NCBI RefSeq assembly: GCF_009914755.1
Contig: NC_060927.1
Strand: one strand, 5' to 3'
DNA: 64,000 nt
DNA from: the human T2T-CHM13v2.0 reference genome, Homo sapiens
The notes under the pieces: generated by a model
The model's database searches: none
The model's input: the letters and a program-made list of their open reading frames with translations, nothing else
Told to the model about the DNA's origin: nothing
Made by a program: the position numbers and the translations under genes
Part shown: in pieces, positions 45,440 to 64,000 of the stretch
Numbering within the stretch: position 1 is the first letter of the stretch
Layout: every line of letters begins with the position of its first letter

Positions 45440-46290
45440 TATCCTATCTCTAATATATAATGAACTTCTAGAAGTCAATATAAAAACCAAAATAGAAAAA
45501 AAGTAAAGAAAAATAAGCAAAGAATATACACAGTAGGTTTATAGAGAGGAAAATATGGCTTCCTCACACATGGGGAAATGTTGAATTTCACATGTAATTT
45601 TTAAAATACAAATTAAAACTACAAAATATCATTTTTTACCTATTAGTTTTGCAAAAATAAAAAGTCTTACACAGCGTGAGCTAGGGTGTGAAGGAATAGT
45701 TACTTTTAGGTATTATGTTAGAAATATTTGCCTCCATGATGAGATCTTGCCACATTAAAAAATAAAAGAAATATTTGCTTACAGAGGGCAATTTAGCAAA
45801 ATATCGACCAAATTATAAATGTACACCTCTACTGACTATGCTGTTCCATTCAGACATTTATCCTGTGGATATCCAGATAGGTGTGTGCAAAAAATCATCT
45901 GCATAAAGTTATTCTCTGCAGCCTTGTTTGAAATGGCAGAAGATTGTAAACATTCTAAACATCCAGTAGGACTAATTAAAGAAATGTTGTTACATCTATA
46001 CAGGAGTATAAAAGAATGAGAAAGACTTTTATGTACTAATAAGAAACTAACTCTGAGATTTAATGTTAAGTTAAAAAAAAAAAACCAGAAAAGTGAAGAA
46101 CAGAAGGTTGAGTGTGCTATCACTTGTGTAATCCTGTGTGTATTCTTTATGCATAGAACATCTTTAGAAGGATATTGGATATTTTTAAAATTAACATTGG
46201 TTGGAGGTAACTGGGGGATGACAGAAGTGCTTACTTTACATTGTATACCTTTTTGTGCCTTTGAATTTTGAAATATGTGATTATATTACC
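45440..46290 (+). mobile_element. Old L1 (L1ME-like) 3' fragment
   Basis: caaattaaaactacaa...gagggcaatttagcaaaata...tgtgattatattaccc. Confidence 0.65.
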
Positions 46291-46385
46291 CATTCTTCAA
46301 AAAAAATAAGAGTTTTTAAAAGACAAAAGAAGAAAACAGAAACTTCCCACATAGAGCAATATGGCAGACTGGATGGATATCCTAA

Positions 46386-53410
<7,025 letters not shown>

Positions 53411-54391
53411 AGAAATATTCCATCATTTTAAAATTAAGTTACTAAAAATAAGATAAAATAAAGATACTATTTTGATTCTGGAAGGGCTTGAAATGTTGTC
53501 AAGAAAACAGAAAACCAAATCATTCCAATATAATGTAGGTGGGTATAAGATGCCATGGGACCCAAGAGGAGAGACATGCTAATTCTGCCTGAGAAAATTA
53601 GAAAGACCCTATGAAAGAGGGGAAACTTTGAGTTGGGTCTTAAATAATGAATAGGAGTTTTCTGGGTCATTCGACATCAGCAGCACTAGATTTACAAAGC
53701 ATAAGAGAGAGGAGGCCGGCATAAGACAGCATCGTGAGGGATTGCAAGAACTTCAATGCCTTGCTCTCACAGATATATCCATGCCATGTTTTTATTTCTG
53801 CTGTTAGGCTGAAGGCAAAATGGTTGGGTCTTTTGTGTTTTTCAAGCCATTTTGCCAGTATGAACACATATAAACTGAAAATTGAATTTCTGAAATAAAT
53901 GAGATTGTGGTATGGGCATGAAACAGTCATGTAACCATGATCAGCAGAGTCATCTATGGTCAAGGTGATGGAGTGACCCAGCCAGTCAGTCTGCAGGATG
54001 TGTGATTGCACACCGTCCTTACCAAGCAAATAGAGGAAGCTCGAGAAGGTATTTGCAGAGCCTCAGAAAAATGCTGTGGTTATTCTGAGTAAACTTAAGC
54101 ATGGCTTTGAGGGAAAAATAAAATTTTGGATTTTGAGATCTGTCTAAATTTTGGATACTTTATATCTAACCACATTACACTTACAAAAAAAAGCAGCAAT
54201 TTTTTTCTCATCAAACCTCTAGCTAGCCTTATTAATTATCGAAATGACTAATTTAGAATTCAGCTTTCCTCCACAACCCCTGCTATTCTCTGACAGAAAG
54301 AGGAAAAGGGAGAGGAGAGAGGATACATTTCTAGAAGGCAGGTGCCCTGAGAAAAGTAACCGGCCACTGTGGTTGGCCATCTGCACAACCA

Positions 54392-54451
54392 CATAAGTAA
54401 CTGACCTGCAGAAACATCAGTCCATAAGTAACTGACCTGCAGAAACATCAG
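54392..54451. repeat. Perfect 29-bp tandem duplication (period 31)
   Basis: cataagtaactgacctgcagaaacatcag at 54392-54420 and 54423-54451. Confidence 0.97.
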
Positions 54452-54500
54452 GGAAAACAGCCTGAGCCAAAGACCTGCAACCGGAATCCATTTAATTTTA

Positions 54501-54825
<325 letters not shown>

Positions 54826-55976
54826 TCATCTTACTATTATCCAGATTCTCCAAACATTGTTTTTGTTTGATAAGCCTTCTTCATATACCCTGGGTTTGGC
54901 TGAGGGGTTTAGGTGTTTTAATAATATTATTACAATTGACCCAGTAAAGCAGTCAGAATCCATGGAAACTTAAACTGGCTTTAACTTTTAGCTGTTTTGG
55001 TCTCTCAGCAGGAATCAGGCAAAGAATCTCAGAGGAGTCTGCTAACCTCTCAAAAGTGACAACTGGGATAAGAATGTCAGAAATCCCTCAACTACCCTAG
55101 TTATTGGAGAATGAGGGTATTGTGGTGCATTGACTGCTTTTTATTAAGTAATCTACATTTTGGAAGGCTTTCTGTTGCTTTTTCTTCTATGGTGGTTAAT
55201 GATTTTGTTAAATCCAAAGAGGTAGTAGCAACTAAGAATGTGGGTTTGGAGTCTGACCAACCTGGTTGGAAGCCAGATTCTATCCCTTTTAGTTTTAGTA
55301 GTTTCCCTATCTAAATAAATGGACTATAATTTCTTTTTTCTTTCTTACTTTTTTTTCTAGAGACAGGGTTTCACCATGTTGCCCAGGCTGGACTCAAACT
55401 CCTGGGTTCAAATGATCCTGCCACCTCAGCCTTAAATGTACCATAATTTCTTAACCACATAGTTTCTATTTCTTTATATTTATGAATAACACTATATCAA
55501 ATATCTTCGTATGAAAATGTTGGTTCCCTGTGGCAGACACCATTGGCAGCTTACCCAAAAGAAATTTACCCTCCTTCCTTTGGAATGCTACCCCACTGGT
55601 ATTCAGGCAGCCATGTGCCTGCTGGGCCTTGAATGGCCTGAGCCCATCATGGAGATCTCACTCCTCTTTGTTAATGATACACACCCAGAAGGTGAAGGGA
55701 AGTGTTTACAAGCTTCTCAGAAAGGCATTTTTGGAGAAGGTCTGTTTTGCCCCACTCTCTTCTTTTGTATTTGTCCATTGTCAAATGAGAATAGGATGCC
55801 GCGAGTGCTACCATGAGGGGAGACAACACGTCCCCCCAACTCTGGATGGCAGAGTGGGAAAAGAAAGATCCCAGGTTCTTTGTTATACCATGGGGACACA
55901 AAACCACTTCCAGGATTCCTTACTACCTAACTTATATGAGCAAGAAATGTCTGAATGCTGCAGTCACATTAGCTGA

Positions 55977-56282
<306 letters not shown>

Positions 56283-56960
56283 TGAGTTTTCTATCACTGG
56301 CAACTGAAAGCATTTGAGCTCTTACACCTAAATTTAATTTATTTCCTAGAGTAGGTTCCCACCTGTGGAACTTGTAGACCTCATCTATACAGGCAAATCT
56401 CACTCGAGAAAAGCCTCCATTTATACCCCCATCAGCATATAGGAGACTACCTTCTCACCACAGTCTCTTCAATATTGAGTCACTGAGTATTACAGACTAT
56501 CATTCTTTAAAAATCACTGCTAATTTGGTAGGCAGAATCTGCTATTTCAAAATTAGTGTTTGCTCAACTGGAGTTGGTGGAGCACAGTGTGATTGGACTT
56601 GGCATAAGAGAGCCTCCTGGCGGCCCGCCCAGGCACTGCAGGAAGAGGTGTGGTCAGTATAAGGCTTCCAGAAGCAGTGACAGTGACGGGTAAGGGTCAA
56701 CAGTGAACTCACATGGGAAGGATCAAGAGCTCTTCCAGGTGAGGCCAGAAATGTGAGGGCAAGGGTGTAAAGCTGGCCTGAGCCGGCAGGAGGTGACCTG
56801 GGATCACAGACAAGGGCCGGCCCCAGGGAGGAGTGGCCCTCTGGAAGGCCCCAAAGTCTTGTGTCTTCTCAGCCAGATTGTGTGCCTCTGCACTGTGTTC
56901 CACCCAGACATGATCTTAAAGATGCTCCTTAGCCCCTGAGGATCTTTCTTTCTCTCTCCC

Positions 56961-57271
56961 TTTTTTTTTTTTTTTTTTTTTTTTTGAGACAAGGTCTCAC
57001 TCTGTTATCCAGGCTGGAGTGCACTGGCACAATCTCAGCTCACTGCAACCTTGACCCCCTCCAGGCTCAAGCCATCCTCCTGCCTCAGCCTCTCGAGTAG
57101 TTGCGACTGCAGGCGTGCACCACCACACCCAGCTAATTTGTGTATTTTTTTTGTAGAGATGAGGTCTCACTATGTTGCCCAGGCTGGTCTGAAACTCCTG
57201 AGCTCAAATGATATGCCCAACTGGGCCTCCCCAAGTGCTGGGAGTATAGGTGTGAGCCACCACACCCGGCC
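56961..57271 (-). mobile_element. Alu (AluJ-like)
   Basis: TSD gatctttctt. Confidence 0.93.
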
Positions 57272-57301
57272 AAGATCTTTCTTGATAAAACCCAAAAAAG
57301 A

Positions 57302-57660
<359 letters not shown>

Positions 57661-57834
57661 CTACTGTAAACTGTCTGCTCAAATTTTAAACAGAGCCAAA
57701 ATTAAATATGGGAATTAAGTTTCCTTACATTGAAACTCAGAAGCAACACTTGTGCCTTTTGTATCAGTCAGAGTTCAGTCAGAAAGACAGAAAACACTCC
57801 AGTTATTTCAAACAGAGAAAATTTAATTTGGGAA

Positions 57835-58179
<345 letters not shown>

Positions 58180-59256
58180 TAGAAGGGCTAGAAGAGCAAA
58201 AGGTTGAAGAAAGAATGCTGGAGAAACAAAACAAAACAAAAAAAGAAACAGTGATAACCAAAGACCAGAAGCTGCTAATATCACCCTGAGTGGGGCTCTG
58301 AGACCCTACATCTGCTGCCACAATTTTGGAGCCACCATTGCAATTAGTTCTAAATCCATCAAAGAGATGAAGAGATAAAACCACTGAAAATGTTCTGCTT
58401 CTATCTGGGCTTCTAGGGCCTCGGAATGACCCTACTTCTGCTGCCTCAACAGCAACTGCGAGGACCTGCCAACAACTGCCAGGGAATGAAGGCCAGTGTA
58501 AGACTCTCCTCCCTTCTCCCTACTCTCTGGTCTCCTGCCTGTCCTTTGATTGGAGGAGCCCACGGATATCCAGTTGGCAAAGGGGCCTGGGAAATGTAGT
58601 TTGCAACCTCTCAACCCCAGTAGTTCAGAGTATACCAGGGCAGGAATGAAGCCAAGAATAAACAGGAAGTAACTTGCACATTATCATATCCAATTCTACA
58701 ACCTCTATTTTTTGCTCTAAATTGGACTATATAACTTATTTTTATATTTGATTCTGGGTGAATTTCTCATATGAATCTAACTCCCCTCCATGAGAGTTTT
58801 TCATAAAAGTTGACCACGAAAAACAAATTGTGTTGGCCATTCTACACAGAACACAGGAGCTTGGCACTGAACGGCGCTGTCTTTTACATATGGCTGCGCT
58901 GAGGACCCATGTCAGTCAAAGACAGCATTTGAGAGGTTCTGTTTCAAGGTGTACTTTGATAGCCAACATATCTACCTCAAGGAACCTCATTCTAGGGAAT
59001 GTTTATTGTTTTTCCTCTGACCTGTTTCCTCTCCACCTCTTATCTGGCAATAGCACCCCACACCTTGCAATAGAAAGACCCAGCCAATTCTTCCTCTTTC
59101 AAGAAGTTGGATCTTGAATAGACACAGACACAGATCATGGTGCTGTGGAGTCATCTAATGGCACATAGTATAGTGCAATGGTACATGCCCAGGTCCCCAG
59201 GGGTGACCTGTTTTCTGCCTTTCCCAAGGCCTAGTTGTTCAGCTGTCCCTTAGCAG

Positions 59257-59710
59257 TGTATTAGTCAGGGTTCTCCAGAGAAACAGAACCACTAGGATGG
59301 GGGTGGGTGTGTCTTGAGAGAGAGACAGAAACAGAGAGAGAGAGAGAGAGAGAGAGATTTTGAAGAATTGGCTCGTGCAATCGTAGCAGCTGGCAAGTCT
59401 GAAATCTGCAGGGCAGGCCTGCCAGCTGGAGACCCAGGGAAGAGCTGAGGTTGCAGTTCAAGTCCACAGGCAGTCCAGAGGCAGAATTCCTTCTTCCTCA
59501 AGGGACTTCTCAGTCTTTTCTCCTAAGGTCTTCAACTGACTAGATTAGCGATCACCCACACCATGGAGAGTGATCTGCTTTACTCAAAATCAATTTATTT
59601 AAATGCTAATTACATCTAAAAAATGCCTTCCCAGCAACATCTGGACCAGTGTTTGATCAAAAACTGGGTACCATGGCCTAGCCACGTTGACACTAAAATT
59701 ACTTATCACA
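59257..59710 (-). mobile_element. MLT2 (ERVL) LTR with internal (GA)n microsatellite at ~59316-59357
   Basis: tgtattagtcagggttctccagagaaacagaacc ... aaaattacttatcaca. Confidence 0.88.
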
Positions 59711-60655
59711 AGGATTCTGCCAATACATCCTCTTTTTTTTTTTTTTTGCCCTAGTTAATTGGAAATATTTTCTGTTGCTTGCAACTGCAGAACACGAACT
59801 GCTACAGAATGTAATTTGTTTGAACACCAGTCTGTCCAAATTGAACTTTGACCTGACAGGTTGATAATTTGCCTCAGTAAACAGAGATCTGACTGTGAGT
59901 AGCGGGGGTTCCCTTTCCTATGGCATCACTTAATTTTTATATGAAAATAAGGCATATGTTAATAATAGCAAAAATACTTTAAAAATAATATATGGCCTAC
60001 CTCTCACTAGTTCTTGTCTTTACTTGCTATTTTTGGACCTCAGATCCCTGGAAGTTCCTGGGAGATGTTTTCGGGTGTTTCACACAGATCCCCCAGCTAG
60101 CCCAGGCAGCTGAAGTGTTGCTCTGCTTTCCTTCTCCTCCCCTGTCATCTGCTGGGCCCAGACACAGCTCTAATTGGTCATTGCTGTTAGCACCGCTGAG
60201 CCACCCTTTCCTCCCGAAGACTGCCACCAGGCCATGTGAGGTCTTGAACTACCCAGGGCCTGCAGGGAGGCTGGGAGCTTGGCTAGGGTACCACACTCCC
60301 TTGCTCCCCACTGTCTGCTCTCCCACATCAAACCAACCACAGAGGCATGCTTATTAGTACATGTACACCTCCCCCTTCCACGGATAAGGCTAGCTCCTTT
60401 TTCCTTTAGGAAACCTCCCTGGTCTTCCACATCCAGTCAACTTCAGATAGCCCATGCTGTCAATTCTTCAGATGTGCCCAACAGATCTGAAATTTAGCAA
60501 TGGTCCCAACAGGGGCTGGGATGAAGCCCCTGCTATAAGAGCAATAGAGCTACAGACCTGTGGCACCTTGGATAATCAAATCAAATTTAAAACATTGGGT
60601 CAAACCATTGGTTTGATCTAAATCATCCATACTCTCAGACTTCAAAACAAACCAG

Positions 60656-61049
<394 letters not shown>

Positions 61050-62044
61050 TCACCTTCATAGATATTTTGGCTGGGAAGGCAGCTCATTAAGTTCCCCAAG
61101 GAAAAATTAAACTATCTGGGGGAATACAAAGCATTAACAACTACAGAATCTGAAAAGTAACAGAAAGTTCACTAGTTGCAAATATGTGAACTCATATAAT
61201 AGGAAATACTTTCTGATGCTTGCAACCACAAGACTAATTAATGAATCTGTTCAAACTTAAATTTACTTAACGAGCTGCTACTCTACCTCAAGAAATTATA
61301 TATTGTATTTGAGAATATACCCATTTTCAGCATATAACACTTAACTATTTGTGGAAATGACTATGTTTTAAAAATAAAACAATTTCATGCATTAACAATA
61401 CCATAAAGAATTATGTAGAATAGTGAGGACTGAATGACACAAAGAGAGTTCAATAATGAGAATGTCATCTTCTCCATTGTGGTGTCTTAGGCTTGTGAGA
61501 AAGAAAGCTGTGGGAGTTAAATAAAATGTCTAAAACTAACTTTTTAATTCAGTAATTTTTGTCTGGATTCTAAGCTGAATTTTGAGTCAGCAAAAGCAGG
61601 AGCTATTTGTCTCTGCCATCCCACACAAAGCCCACAGGGAACATACCTTTCTTCTCAGGCTTAGCAAATGTTCTTGTGCACTCAGATTTCTGAATCTGCA
61701 GGGCTTTGCACGGCTGCCACAAGGACACTCGCAACATGAGAACTTCAGTGTACAAAGGTGGTGATTGCAAATCTACAATGAAATTCTATTCTTGGATTCC
61801 ACAAGAATAAAAAAGTCTTTGCTCCTCTTCTGCACCCAGGAAAGGGAACCTAGGAAGACCACTGGAGCGAGGACAATTATGGAACCATGCAACTGGACTT
61901 CCAAATTCAATGAATTGCATGCTTGCAAGCTTTCTTCATGGTCCATAGCCCACATTCACCTCACAAGATGGGGGAAGAGATAAAACACTTTGGTTTTCTT
62001 AATGCAATGTTGGTGTTTCTTTAAGAAAGTATAGCCTAGACCAG

Positions 62045-62383
<339 letters not shown>

Positions 62384-63314
62384 TCAAGGCACCCAAAGTC
62401 CAAACACTCCTTTACCTCATGGAGACATCCAATCTTCCAGCCCAGAGTCCACAGTGGTTTGGGAGTGGCTCCCCTCTCTTGAACTCATCCGACCCAGATT
62501 CTCCAGGGACGTGGTCTTCATAGGGAAGCCCTTGGGGCTCCACACCTAAAAGCCCTCCAGTTCCTTGGCCCTTTCTCACCTTCTTCCCCAGGGTCCTCTT
62601 TGCAGCTTCTCATCTATGTGGACAATCATTCCATTTTCCTCTTGATGGTGTGGGAGGAGGACTGTAGTCCTGGAGATGAGGCATCTACAAGGCAAGAAGG
62701 CCTTCATGTTGTAAAAAATGGCCCCCTCTTAGTTTACTGTGTGTGTTGAGCTTAAACTATGTTATTATACTGAAAAAGGGAGGGGGTGCTGAGTTGCATT
62801 ACCAAGGCCATATCTGTTAACTCAACTTCAGTATGCAGCAGGAAAGCAAAATTGCTGGGAACTGGGGAGGATGAAGGGAAGAAAAAAGTTCCGTCCTATT
62901 ACCAAATATAAAATTGAATACTCAAATTTATTTGAATAAGATTTAAGTTAATTTGAGTTAATTAATTTGAATAAGAAGAAGTTGTCAACTTCAGCAATAA
63001 GACTTTGACCTCATATTTTTGCCCTATTTACCAACAACTACTAAAAGAGGTGCTTGATATTTTGCAGCAGATAGCAAAGTACAATAAGATCTTACCTGAA
63101 GAAAAGGCAACAAATTTTATTCCGCCTGGCTCTTCTGGTATGCTACTTCTGCTCTGTGATCTTTTAAGGTGACAGATTTATTAGGTTTCTGGATATTATT
63201 TCCTTGCAAATACTTGACACAGAGAACTTGGCCATGAGAACAGAAAAGATGGGGAGATAACATTTTTAAAGCAGGCACGCTGGATTTGGAGAGGAGCAGA
63301 AAGGACCTCCAAAA

Positions 63315-63712
63315 CAGTTAGGGTGTTCTAGAGACTGAGCCAACAGAATGTGTGTATAGATAGGTTTATCATAAGGAATTGGCTCACATGATTGTGGAGG
63401 CTTGGCCAAGTTCAAAATCTGATGGGGCAGGCTGGAGACTCAGAGAAGAGTGGGAATTTGAATCCAAAGGCAGTCTGCAGGCAGAATTCCTTCTTTCAGC
63501 TGGGAGGTCAGTCTTTGTTCTAGTAAGGGCTTTAACTGTTGGGAGGAAGTCCTCCCACATGACAGAGGGCAATCTGCTTTACTCAGAATCCACTGATTTA
63601 AATGTCAATCTCACCCAAAAAAACATCCACACAGAAACATCTGGAATCATGTTTGACCAAATATCTGGGCACCATGGTCTGGCCAGATTGGCACATAAAA
63701 TTAACCATCATA
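63315..63712 (-). mobile_element. MLT2 (ERVL) LTR
   Basis: aggaattggctcacatgattgtggaggc ... aatctgctttactca ... cataaaattaaccatca. Confidence 0.85.
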
Positions 63713-63934
63713 CTAGGGAAATGGTGATAGGTCCAAATTCCCAGAAGGAATGGCTCCTCAGGGAACAAAATCCGGGACAGTGCTGGGAAGGCATGCACTA
63801 GTGGCCCCCAGGATCATGTCTGGTGTTGATGGATTTTCAATTGGGGTACTGAGGAAGAGCAGTGGTTTCTGTAGCAATCAGAAAGACCAGGTACCAGAGA
63901 ATCTCAGAACCAGAAGAGATTTTGGAATTTACAG

Positions 63935-64000
63935 GGCAGAGGTCGTCAGACTTAAGCATGCTTCAGAATCACCTAGAAGCTTTGTTATAACAGATGGCTA
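63935..64000. mobile_element. MER5-type element (runs off the window end)
   Basis: cagacttaagcatgcttcagaatcacctagaagctttgtta. Confidence 0.6.

Noticed and set aside
60600-60616. Inverted repeat tcaaacca-t-tggtttga
   Set aside because: An 8-bp arm palindrome is expected by chance in a window this size.

Overview
Human or close-primate genomic DNA containing the 3' end of RASA2 (GAP1m, a Ras GTPase-activating protein) on the + strand. It covers most of a long repeat-filled intron (1-19330), the last five coding exons (end of the PH domain, Btk zinc motif, C-terminal tail; stop at 23925-23927) and a ~3 kb AU-rich 3'UTR with AATAAA at 26937. About 37 kb of repeat-rich intergenic DNA follows. The intron carries an antisense processed pseudogene of YWHAQ (14-3-3 theta) with an intact-looking 3'UTR, a lost start codon and a large internal coding deletion. 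The downstream region holds most of the window's ~40 Alus, a MER50 solo LTR inserted inside an Alu, and a nested LTR stack at 39.9-42.7 kb whose target-site duplications (TSDs) can be read directly. It also holds closely spaced inverted Alu pairs and a candidate promoter/first exon near 56.6 kb. Apart from the RASA2 exons and the retrocopy, the long ORFs I examined are repeat artefacts. I cannot demonstrate a genuinely new biological system from sequence alone, so the findings are ranked hypotheses. Repeat subfamily names come from remembered consensus ends, and boundaries are approximate unless a TSD is quoted.
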